A stretch of 64,000 nt of DNA from Tubulanus polymorphus (taxonomy: Eukaryota > Animalia > Nemertea). The stretch spans positions 1 to 64,000 of the forward strand of contig NW_027437435.1 in the NCBI RefSeq assembly GCF_964204645.1. Reading direction: 5' to 3'. A model generated the notes under the pieces. The model was not told the DNA's origin. It worked only from the letters and a program-made list of their open reading frames with translations, and did no database searches. Within the stretch, counting starts at the first letter, position 1; every line of letters starts with the position of its first letter. Below are positions 10,776 through 23,300 of the stretch, one piece after another. Made by a program: the position numbers and the translations under genes.

Positions 10776-10957
10776 TGAAATAATTCATATATAAATCATT
10801 GAATATTTATATTTATATGCGTTAAATTCTTATTTTCAATATAAAAAGTAACGAGTAATTAACGAGTGAAATAATTCATATTTAAAACAGTGAATATTTA
10901 TATTTATATGCGTTAAATTCTTATTTTATGTTTAAAAGTAACGAGTAATTAACGAGT
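10776..10957 (+). repeat. Tandem duplication of a 91-bp AT-rich unit (2 copies)
   Basis: TGAAATAATTCATAT...GAATATTTATATTTATATGCGTTAAATTCTTATTTT...AAAAGTAACGAGTAATTAACGAG at 10776-10866 and 10867-10957. Confidence 0.9.
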
Positions 10958-10998
10958 TGATGAAAATATCAATTTTAATAACAAAATTACTTATAAAT

Positions 10999-11315
10999 AT
11001 GAATGAACAGACACTACATTTCAAAGATATCGATTTAAATGAATTAGAAAAATATTTTACAATTAAAAATTTCATTCCTATTAAAGAGTTGATTAAAACT
11101 GCGCGTCTTCGTTTTCAAGTGAAAAATATTACTGAATTAGTGTTTAAAAATCACTATCTAATAATAGAGTTATCGAATGATAAAGATAAAATCTTATTCA
11201 ATACAATAATTCCAAAATTCACAACATTTGATGGAATAGATAAACATTTATTAATTACAGATGAAATGCAATCACTTTTTAATAATGAAAATTCATATAA
11301 AACATTATTTTTACA
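10999..11315 (+). pseudogene. AT-rich orphan ORF fragment (~106 aa), truncated by the satellite
   Basis: ATG in a TTATAAATATG context; MNEQTLHFKDIDLNELEKYF...NENSYKTLFLH stays open for over 100 codons in very AT-rich DNA where stops are expected often. No recognisable domain. The frame runs on into the satellite to 11673. Confidence 0.45.
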
Positions 11316-14300
11316 CGTAAAAGCGCTCAAATCGTCAGGAAAAGCACTTTTCGACGCGAAACGTCGTTCAGCGCGAGAAAAGACGTTTTCTTTTCGAATG
11401 TTCCCCCTATCGGAAAAACGACAATGCCGATGCGTAAAAGCGCTCAAATCGTCAGGAAAAGCACTTTTCGACGCGAAAACGTCGTTCAGCGCGAGAAAAG
11501 ACGTTTTCGTATCGAATATTCTCACTATCGGTAAAACGACAATGTCGATGCGTAAAAGCGCTCAAATCGTCAGGAAAAGCACTTTTCGACGCGAAAACGT
11601 CGCTCAGCGCGAGAAAAGACGTTTTCTTTTCGAATATTCCCCCTATCGGAAAAACGACAATGCCGATGCGTAAAAGCGCTCAAATCGTCTGGAAAAGCAC
11701 TTTTCGACGCGAAAACGTCGTTCAGCGCGAGAAAAGACGTTTTCGTATCGAATATTCTCCCTATCGGTAAAACGACAATGTCGATGCGTAAAAGCGCTCA
11801 AATCGTCAGGAAAAGCACTTTTCGACGCGAAAACGTCGCTCAGCGCGAGAAAAGACGTTTTCTTTTCGAATATTCCCCCTATCGGAAAAACGACAATGTC
11901 GATGCGTAAAAGCGCTCAAATCGTCTGGAAAAGCACTTTTCGACGCGAAAACGTCGCTCAGCGCGAGAAAAGACGTTTTCTTTTCGAATATTCCCCCTAT
12001 CGGAAAAACGACAATGTCGATGCGTAAAAGCGCTCAAATCGTCAGGAAAAGCACTTTTCGACGCGAAAACGTCGTTCAGCGCGAGAAAAGACGTTTTCTT
12101 ATCGAATATTCCCCCTATCGGAAAAACGACAATGCCGATGCGTAAAAGCGCTCAAATCGTCAGGAAAAGCACTTTTCGACGCGAAAATGTCGTTCAGCGC
12201 GAGAAAAGACGTTTTCGTATCGAATATTCCCCCTATCGGAAAAACGACAATGCCGATGCGTAAAATCGCTCAAATCGTCAGGAAAAGCACTTTTCGACGC
12301 GAAAACGTCGTTCAGAGCGAGAAAAGACGTTTTCGTGTCGAATATTCTCCCTATCGGTAAAACGACAATGTCGATGCGTAAAAGCGCTCAAATCGTCAGG
12401 AAAAGCACTTTTCGACGCGAAAACGTCGTTCAGCGCGAGAAAAGACGTTTTCGTATCGAATATTCTCCCTATCGGAAAAACGACAATGTCGATGCGTAAA
12501 AGCGCTCAAATCGTCAGGAAAAGCACTTTTCGACGCGAAAACGTAGTTCAGCGCGAGAAAAGACGTTTTCTTGACGAATATTCCCCCTATCGGGAAAACG
12601 ACAATGCCGATGCGTAAAAGCGCTCAAATCGTCAGGAAAAGCACTTTTCGACGCGAAAACGTCGTTCAGCGCGAGAAAGAGGTTTTCGTATCGAATATTC
12701 CCCCTATCGGAAAAACGACAATGCCGATGCGTAAAAGCGCTCAAATCGTCAGGAAAAGCACTTTTCGACCCGAAAACGTCATTCAGCGCGAGAAAAGACC
12801 TTTTCGTATCGAATATTCTCCCTATCGGAAAAACGACAATGTCGATGCGTAAAAGCGCTCAAATCGTCAGGAAAAGCACTTTTCGACGCGAAAACGTAGT
12901 TCAGCGCGAGAAAAGACGTTTTCTTGACGAATATTCCCCCTATCGGGAAAACGACAATGCCGATGCGTAAAAGCGCTCAAATCGTCAGGAAAAGCACTTT
13001 TCGACGCGAAAACGTCGTTCAGCGCGAGAAAGAGGTTTTCGTATCGAATATTCCCCCTATCGGAAAAACGACAATGCCGATGCGTAAAAGCGCTCAAATC
13101 GTCAGGAAAAGCACTTTTCGACCCGAAAACGTCATTCAGCGCGAGAAAAGACCTTTTCGTATCGAATATTCTCACTATCGGTAAAACGACAATGTCGATG
13201 CGTAAAAGCGCTCAAATCGTCAGGAAAAGCACTTTTCGACGCGAAAACGTCGCTCAGCGCGAGAAAAGACGTTTTCTTTTCGAATATTCCCCCTATCGGA
13301 AAAACGACAATGCCGATGCGTAAAAGCGCTCAAATCGTCTGGAAAAGCACTTTTCGACGCGAAAACGTCGTTCAGCGCGAGAAAAGACGTTTTCGTATCG
13401 AATATTCTCACTATCGGTAAAACGACAATGTCGATGCGTAAAAGCGCTCAAATCGTCAGGAAAAGCACTTTTCGACGTGAAAACGTCGCTCAGCGCGAGA
13501 AAAGACGTTTTCTTTTCGAATATTCTCACTATCGGTAAAACGACAATGTCGATTCGTAAAAGCGCTCAAATCGTCAGGAAAAGCACTTTTCGATGCGAAA
13601 ACGTCGCTCAGCGCGAGAAAAGACGTTTTCTTTTCGAATATTCCCCCTATCGGAAAAACGACAATGTCGATGCGTAAAAGCGCTCAAATCGTCAGGAAAA
13701 GTACTTTTCGACGCGAAAACGTCGTTCAGCGCGAGAAAAGACGTTTTCTTATCGAATATTCCCCCTATCGGAAAAACGACAATGCCGATGCGTAAAAGCG
13801 CTCAAATCGTCAGGAAAAGCACTTTTCGACGCGAAAACGTCGTTCAGAGCGAGAAAAGACGTTTTCGTGTCGAATATTCTCCCTATCGGTAAAACGACAA
13901 TGTCGATGCGTAAAAGCGCTCAAATCGTCAGGAAAAGCACTTTTCGACGCGAAAACGTCGTTCAGCGCGAGAAAAGACGTTTTCGTGTCGAATATTCTTC
14001 CTATCGGTAAAACGACAATGTCGATGCGTAAAAGCGCTCAAATCGTCAGGAAAAGCACTTTTCGACGCGAAAACGTCGTTCAGCGCGAGAAAAGACGTTT
14101 TCGTGTCGAATATTCTCCCTATCGGAAAAACGACAATGTCGATGCGTAAAAGCGCTCAAATCGTCAGGAAAAGCACTTTTCGACGCGAAAACGTCGTTCA
14201 GCGCGAGAAAAGACGTTTTTTGTCGAATATTCTCCCTATCGGTAAAACGACAATGTCGATGCGTAAAAGCGTTCAAATCGTCAGGAAAAGCACTTTTCGA

Positions 14301-17300
14301 CGCGAAAACGTCGTTCAGCGCGAGAAAAGACGTTTTCGTATCGAATATTCGCCCTATCGTAAAAACTACAATGCCGATGCGTAAAAGCGCTCAAATCGTC
14401 AGGAAAAGCACTTTTCGACGCGAAAATGTCGTTCAGCGTTCGTATCGAATATTCTCACTGTCGTTATTCGTATCGAATATTCCCCCTATCGGAAAAACAA
14501 CAATGTCGATGCGTAAAAGCGCTCAAATCGTCAGGAAGAGCACTTTTCGACGCGAAAACGTCGCTCAGCGCGAGAAAAGACGTTTTCGTATCGAATATTC
14601 CCCCTATCGGAAAAACGACAATGTCGATGCGTAAAAGCGCTCAAATCGTCAGGAAAAGCACTTTTCGACGCGAAAACGTAGTTCAGCGCGAGAAAAGACG
14701 TTTTCGCGTCGAATATTCCCCCTATCGGAAAAACGACAATGCCGATGCGTAAAAGCGCTCAAATCGTCAGGAAAAGCACTTTTCGACGCGAAAACGTAGT
14801 TCAGCGCGAGAAAAGACGTTTTCTTTTCGAATATTCCCCCTATCGGAAAAACGACAATGCCGATGCGTAAAAGCGCTCAAATCGTCAGGAAAAGCACTTT
14901 TCGACGCGAAAACGTCGCTCAGCGCGAGAAAAGACGTTTTCGTATCGAATATTCCCCCTATCGGAAAAACGACAATGTCGATGCGTAAAAGCGCTCAAAT
15001 CGTCAGGAAAAGCACTTTTCGACGCGAAAACGTCGTTCAGCGCGAGAAAAGACGTTTTCGTATCGAATATTCTCACTATCGGTAAAACGACAATGTCGAT
15101 GCGTAAAAGCGCTCAAATCGTCAGGAAAAGCACTTTTCGACGCGAAAACGTCGCTCAGCGCGAGAAAAGACGTTTTCGTATCGAATATTCGCCCTATCGT
15201 AAAAACGACAATGCCGATGCGTAAAAGGGCTCAAATCGTCAGGAAAAGCACTTTTCGACGCGAAAACGTAGTTCAGCGCGAGAAAAGACGTTTTCGCGTC
15301 GAATATTCCCCCTATCGGAAAAACGACAATGCCGATGCGTAAAAGCGCTCAAATCGTCAGGAAAAGCACTTTTCGACGCGAAAACGTAGTTCAGCGCGAG
15401 AAAAGACGTTTTCTTATCGAATATTCCCCCTATCGGAAAAACGACAATGTCGATGCGTAAAAGCGCTCAAATCGTCAGGAAAAGCACTTTTCGACGCGAA
15501 AACGTCGCTCAGCGCGAGAAAAGACGTTTTCGTATCGAATATTCGCCCTATCGTAAAAACGACAATGCCGATGCGTAAAAGCGCTCAAATCGAGGAAAAG
15601 CACTTTTCGACGCGAAAACGTCGTTCAGCGCGAGAAAAGTCGTTTTCGTATCGAATATTCTCACTATCGGAAAAACAACAATGTCGATGCGTAAAAGCGC
15701 TCAAATCATAAGGAAAAGCACTTTTCGACGCGAAAACGTCGTTCAGCGCGAGAAAAGTCGTTTTCGTATCGAATATTCTCACTATCGGTAAAACGACAAT
15801 GTCGATGCGTAAAAGCGCTCAAATCGTCAGGAAAAGCACTTTTCGACGCGAAAACGTCGTTCAGCGCGAGAAAAGTCGTTTTCGTATCGAATATTCTCAC
15901 TATCGGTAAAACGACAATGTCGATGCGTAAAAGCGCTCAAATCGTCAGGAAAAGCACTTTTCGACGCGAAAACGTCGTTCAGCGCGAGAAAAGACGTTTT
16001 CGTGTCGAATATTCTCCCTATCGGAAAAACAACAATGTCGATGCGTAAAAGCGCTCAAATCGTCAGGAAAAGCACTTTTCGACGCGAAAACGTAGTTCAG
16101 CGCGAGAAAAGACGTTTTCTTATCGTTTATTCCCCATATCGGAAAAACAACAATGTCGATGCGTAAAAGCGCTCAAATCATAAGGAAAAGCACTTTTCGA
16201 CGCGAAAACGTCGCTCAGCGCGAGAAAAGTCGTTTTCGTATCGAATATTCTCACTATCGGTAAAACGACAATGCCGATGCGTAAAAGCGCTCAAATCGTC
16301 GGGAAAAGCACTTTTCGACGCGAAAACGTCGTTCAGCGCGAGAAAAGTCGTTTTCTTATCGAATATTCTCACTATCGGTAAAACGACAATGTCGATGCGT
16401 AAAAGCGCTCAAATCGTCAGGAAAAGCACTTTTCGACGCGAAAACGTAGTTCAGCGCGAAAAAAGACGTTTTCTTATCGAATATTCCCCCTATCGGAAAA
16501 ACGACAATGTCGATGCGTAAAAGCGCTCAAATCGTCAGGAAAAGCATTTTTCGACGCGAAAACGTCGTTCAGCGCGAGAAAAGACGTTTTCGTATCGAAT
16601 ATTCTCCCTATCGGAAAAACGACAATGTCGATGCGTAAAAGCGCTCAAATCGTCAGGAAAAGCACTTTTCGACGCGAAAACGTCGCTCAGCGCGAGAAAA
16701 GACGTTTTCGTATCGAATATTCCCCCTATCGGAAAAACGACAATGTCGATGCGTAAAAGCGCTCAAATCGTCAGGAAAAGCACTTTTCGACGCGAAAACG
16801 TCGTTCAGCGCGAGAAAAGACCTTTTCGTATCGAATGTTCGCCCTATCGTAAAAACGACAATGCCGATGCGTAAAAGCGCTCAAATCGTCAGGAAAAGCA
16901 CTTTTCGACACGAAAACGTCGTTCAGCACGAGAAAAGACGTTTTCTTATCGTATATTCCCCCTATCGGAAAAACAACAATGTCGATGCGTAAAAGCGCTC
17001 AAATCATAAGGAAAAGCACTTTTCGACGCGAAAACGTCGTTCAGCGCGAGAAAAGACGTTTTCTTATCGTATATTCCCCCTATCGGAAAAACGACAATGT
17101 CGATGCGTAAAAGCGCTCAAATCGTCAGGAAAAGCACTTTTCGACGCGAAAACGTCGTTCAGCGCGAGAAAAGACGTTTTCGTATTGAATATTCTCCCTA
17201 TCGGAAAAACGACAATGTCGATGCGTAAAAGCGCTCAAATCGTCAGGAAAAGCACTTTTCGACGCGACAACGTAGTTCAGCGCGAGAAAAGACGTTTTCT

Positions 17301-20300
17301 TATCGAATATTCCCCCTATCGGAAAAACGACAATGTCGATGCGTAAAAGCGCTCAAATCGTCAGGAAAAGCACTTTTCGACGCGAAAACGTCGCTCAGCG
17401 CGAGAAAAGACGTTTTCGTATCGAATATTCGCGCCATCGTAAAAACGACAATGCCGATGCGTAAAAGCGCTCAAATCGTCAGGAAAAGCACTTTTCGACG
17501 CGAAAACGTCGTTCAGCACGAGAAAAGACGTTTTCTTATCGAATATTCCCCCTATCGGAAAAACAACAATGTCGATGCGTAAAAGCGCTCAAATCATAAG
17601 GAAAAGCACTTTTCGACGCGAAAACGTCGCTTAGCGCGAGAAAAGACGTTTTCGTATCGAATATCGGAAAAACGACAATGTCGATGCGTAAAAGCGCTCA
17701 AATCGTAAGGAAAAGCACTTTTCGACCCGAAAACGTAGTTCAGCGCGAGAAAAGACGTTTTCGTATCGAATATTCTCCCTATCGGAAAAACGACAATGTC
17801 GATGCGTAAAAGCGCTCAAATCGTCAGGAAAAGCACTTTTCGACGCGAAAACGTCGTTCAGCGCGAGAAAAGACGTTTTCGTGTCGAATATTCTCCCTAT
17901 CGGTAAAACGACAATGTCGATGCGTAAAAGCGCTCAAATCGTCAGGAAAAGCACTTTTCGACGCGAAAACGTAGTTCAGCGCGAGAAAAGACGTTTTCTT
18001 ATCGAATATTCCCCCTATCGGAAAAACGACAATGTCGATGCGTAAAAGCGCTCAAATCGTCAGGAAAAGCACTTTTCGACGCGAAAACGTCGTTCAGCGG
18101 GAGAAAAGACGTTTTCGTATCGAATATTCTCACTATCGGTAAAACGACAATGTCGATGCGTAAAAGCGCTCAAATCGTCAGGAAAAGCACTTTTCGACGC
18201 GAAAACGTCGCTCAGCGCGAGAAAAGACGTTTTCGTATCGAATATTCCCCCTATCGGTAAAACGACAATGTCGATGCGTAAAAGCGCTCAAATCGTCAGG
18301 AAAAGCACTTTTCGACGCGAAAACGTCGTTCGGCGCGAGAAAAGACCTTTTCGTATCGAATATTCCCCCTATCGGAAAAACGACAATGTCGATGCGTAAA
18401 AGCGCTCAAATCGTCAGGAAAAGCACTTTTCGACGCGAAAACGTCGTTCAGCGCGAGAAAAGACGTTTTCGTATCGAATATTCTTCCTATCGGTAAAACG
18501 ACAATGTCGATGCGTAAAAGCGCTCAAATCGTCAGGAAAAGCACTTTTCGACGCGAAAACGTCGTTCAGCGCGAGAAAAGACGTTTTCGCGTCGAATATT
18601 CCCCCTATCGGAAAAACGACAATGCCGATGCGTAAAAGCGCTCAAATCGTCAGGAAAAGCACTTTTCGACGCGAAAACGTAGTTCAGCGCGAGAAAAGAC
18701 GTTTTCTTTTCGAATATTCCCCCTATCGGAAAAACGACAATGCCGATGCGTAAAAGCGCTCAAATCGTCAGGAAAAGCACTTTTCGACGCGAAAACGTCG
18801 CTCAGCGCGAGAAAAGACGTTTTCGTATCGAATATTCGCCCTATCGGAAAAACGACAATGTCGATGCGTAAAAGCGCTCAAATCGTCAGGAAAAGCACTT
18901 TTCGACGCGAAAACGTAGTTCAGCGCGAGAAAAGACGTTTTCGCGTCGAATATTCCCCCTATCGGAAAAACGACAATGCCGATGCGTAAAAGCGCTCAAA
19001 TCGTCAGGAAAAGCACTTTTCGACGCGAAAACGTAGTTCAGCGCGAGAAAAGACGTTTTCTTTCGAATATTCCCCCTATCGGAAAAACGACAATGCCGAT
19101 GCGTAAAAGCGCTCAAATCGTCAGGAAAAGCACTTTTCGACGCGAAAACGTCGCTCAGCGCGAGAAAAGACGTTTTCGTATCGAATATTCCCCCTATCGG
19201 AAAAACGACAATGTCGATGCGTAAAAGCGCTCAAATCGTCAGGAAAAGCACTTTTCGACGCGAAAACGTCGTTCAGCGCGAGAAAAGACGTTTTCGTATC
19301 GAATATTCTCACTATCGGTAAAACGACAATGTCGATGCGTAAAAGCGCTCAAATCGTCAGGAAAAGCACTTTTCGACGCGAAAACGTCGCTCAGCGCGAG
19401 AAAAGACGTTTTCGTATCGAATATTCCCCCTATCGGAAAAACGACAATGTCGATGCGTAAAAGCGCTCAAATCGTCAGGAAAAGCACTTTTCGACGCGAA
19501 AACGTCGTTCAGCGCGAGAAAAGACGTTTTCGTATCGAATATTCTCACTATCGGTAAAACGACAATGTCGATGCGTAAAAGCGCTCAAATCGTCAGGAAA
19601 AGCACTTTTCGACGCGAAAACGTCGCTCAGCGCGAGAAAAGACGTTTTCGTATCGAATATTCGCCCTATCGTAAAAACGACAATGCCGATGCGTAAAAGG
19701 GCTCAAATCGTCAGGAAAAGCACTTTTCGACGCGAAAACGTCGTTCAGCGCGAGAAAAGACGTTTTCGTATCGAATATTCCCCCTATCGGAAAAACAAGA
19801 ATGTCGATGCGTAAAAGCGCTCAAATCATCAGGAAAAGCACTTTTCGACGCGAAAACGTCGTTCAGCGGGAGAAAAGACGTTTTCGTATCGAATATTCCC
19901 CCTATCAGAAAAGCGACAATGTCGATGCGTAAAAGCGCTCAAATCGTCAGGAAAAGCACTTTTCGACGCGAAAACGTCGTTCAGCGCGAGAAAAGACGTT
20001 TTCGTATTGAATATTCTCCCTATCGGAAAAACGACAATGTCGATGCGTAAAAGCGCTCAAATCGTCAGGAAAAGCACTTTTCGACGCGAAAACGTAGTTC
20101 AGCGCGAGAAAAGACGTTTTCTTATCGAATATTCCCCCTATCGGAAAAACGACAATGTCGATGCGTAAAAGCGCTCAAATCGTCAGGAAAAGCACTTTTC
20201 GACGCGAAAACGTCGCTCAGCGCGAGAAAAGACGTTTTCGTATCGAATATTCGCCCTATCGTAAAAACGACAATGCCGATGCGTAAAAGGGCTCAAATCG

Positions 20301-23300
20301 TCAGGAAAAGCACTTTTCGACGCGAAAACGTCGTTCAGCGCGAGAAAAGACGTTTTCGTATCGAATATTCCCCCTATCGGAAAAACAACAATGTCGATGC
20401 GTAAAAGCGCTCAAATCATCAGGAAAAGCACTTTTCGACGCGAAAACGTCGCTCAGCGCGAGAAAAGACGTTTTCTTATCGAATATTCCCCCTATCGGAA
20501 AAACGACAATGTCGATGCGTAAAAGCGCTCAAATCGTCAGGAAAAGCACTTTTCGACGCGAAAACGTCGCTCAGCGCGAGAAAAGACGTTTTCGTATCGA
20601 ATATTCGCCCTATCGTAAAAACGACAATGCCGATGCGTAAAAGCGCTCAAATCGAGGAAAAGCACTTTTCGACGCGAAAACGTCGTTCAGCGCGAGAAAA
20701 GTCGTTTTCGTATCGAATATTCTCACTATCGGAAAAACAACAATGTCGATGCGTAAAAGCGCTCAAATCATAAGGAAAAGCACTTTTCGACGCGAAAACG
20801 TCGTTCAGCGCGAGAAAAGTCGTTTTCGTATCGAATATTCTCACTATCGGTAAAACGACAATGTCGATGCGTAAAAGCGCTCAAATCGTCAGGAAAAGCA
20901 CTTTTCGACGCGAAAACGTCGTTCAGCGCGAGAAAAGTCGTTTTCGTATCGAATATTCTCACTATCGGTAAAACGACAATGTCGATGCGTAAAAGCGCTC
21001 AAATCGTCAGGAAAAGCACTTTTCGACGCTAAAACGTCGTTCAGCGCGAGAAAAGACGTTTTCGTGTCGAATATTCTCCCTATCGGAAAAACAACAATGT
21101 CGATGCGTAAAAGCGCTCAAATCGTCAGGAAAAGCACTTTTCGACGCGAAAACGTAGTTCAGCGCGAGAAAAGACGTTTTCTTATCGTTTATTCCCCATA
21201 TCGGAAAAACAACAATGTCGATGCGTAAAAGCGCTCAAATCATAAGGAAAAGCACTTTTCGACGCGAAAACGTCGCTCAGCGCGAGAAAAGTCGTTTTCG
21301 TATCGAATATTCTCACTATCGGTAAAACGACAATGCCGATGCGTAAAAGCGCTCAAATCGTCGGGAAAAGCACTTTTCGACGCGAAAACGTCGTTCAGCG
21401 CGAGAAAAGTCGTTTTCTTATCGAATATTCTCACTATCGGTAAAACGACAATGTCGATGCGTAAAAGCGCTCAAATCGTCAGGAAAAGCACTTTTCGACG
21501 CGAAAACGTAGTTCAGCGCGAGAAAAGACGTTTTCTTATCGAATATTCCCCCTATCGGAAAAACGACAATGTCGATGCGTAAAAGCGCTCAAATCGTCAG
21601 GAAAAGCATTTTTCGACGCGAAAACGTCGTTCAGCGCGAGAAAAGACGTTTTCGTATCGAATATTCTCCCTATCGGAAAAACGACAATGTCGATGCGTAA
21701 AAGCGCTCAAATCGTCAGGAAAAGCACTTTTCGACGCGAAAACGTCGCTCAGCGCGAGAAAAGACGTTTTCGTATCGAATATTCCCCCTATCGGAAAAAC
21801 GACAATGTCGATGCGTAAAAGCGCTCAAATCGTCAGGAAAAGCACTTTTCGACGCGAAAACGTCGTTCAGCGCGAGAAAAGACCTTTTCGTATCGAATGT
21901 TCGCCCTATCGTAAAAACGACAATGCCGATGCGTAAAAGCGCTCAAATCGTCAGGAAAAGCACTTTTCGACGCGAAAACGTCGTTCAGCACGAGAAAAGA
22001 CGTTTTCTTATCGTATATTCCCCCTATCGGAAAAACAACAATGTCGATGCGTAAAAGCGCTCAAATCATAAGGAAAAGCACTTTTCGACGCGAAAACGTC
22101 GTTCAGCGCGAGAAAAGACGTTTTCTTATCGTATATTCCCCCTATCGGAAAAACGACAATGTCGATGCGTAAAAGCGCTCAAATCGTCAGGAAAAGCACT
22201 TTTCGACGCGAAAACGTCGTTCAGCGCGAGAAAAGACGTTTTCGTATTGAATATTCTCCCTATCGGAAAAACGACAATGTCGATGCGTAAAAGCGCTCAA
22301 ATCGTCAGGAAAAGCACTTTTCGACGCGACAACGTAGTTCAGCGCGAGAAAAGACGTTTTCTTATCGAATATTCCCCCTATCGGAAAAACGACAATGTCG
22401 ATGCGTAAAAGCGCTCAAATCGTCAGGAAAAGCACTTTTCGACGCGAAAACGTCGCTCAGCGCGAGAAAAGACGTTTTCGTATCGAATATTCGCCCTATC
22501 GTAAAAACGACAATGCCGATGCGTAAAAGCGCTCAAATCGTCAGGAAAAGCACTTTTCGACGCGAAAACGTCGTTCAGCACGAGAAAAGACGTTTTCTTA
22601 TCGAATATTCCCCCTATCGGAAAAACAACAATGTCGATGCGTAAAAGCGCTCAAATCATAAGGAAAAGCACTTTTCGACGCGAAAACGTCGCTCAGCGCG
22701 AGAAAAGACGTTTTCGTATCGAATATCGGAAAAACGACAATGTCGATGCGTAAAAGCGCTCAAATCGTAAGGAAAAGCACTTTTCGACCCGAAAACGTAG
22801 TTCAGCGCGAGAAAAGACGTTTTCGTATCGAATATTCTCCCTATCGGAAAAACGACAATGTCGATGCGTAAAAGCGCTCAAATCGTCAGGAAAAGCACTT
22901 TTCGACGCGAAAACGTCGTTCAGCGCGAGAAAAGACGTTTTCGTGTCGAATATTCTCCCTATCGGTAAAACGACAATGTCGATGCGTAAAAGCGCTCAAA
23001 TCGTCAGGAAAAGCACTTTTCGACGCGAAAACGTAGTTCAGCGCGAGAAAAGACGTTTTCTTATCGAATATTCCCCCTATCGGAAAAACGACAATGTCGA
23101 TGCGTAAAAGCGCTCAAATCGTCAGGAAAAGCACTTTTCGACGCGAAAACGTCGTTCAGCGGGAGAAAAGACGTTTTCGTATCGAATATTCTCACTATCG
23201 GTAAAACGACAATGTCGATGCGTAAAAGCGCTCAAATCGTCAGGAAAAGCACTTTTCGACGCGAAAACGTCGCTCAGCGCGAGAAAAGACGTTTTCGTAT

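Noticed and set aside
11340-11420. CENP-B box in the monomer
   Set aside because: TTCG occurs on both strands, but none is followed by the required NNNNANNCGGG pattern.
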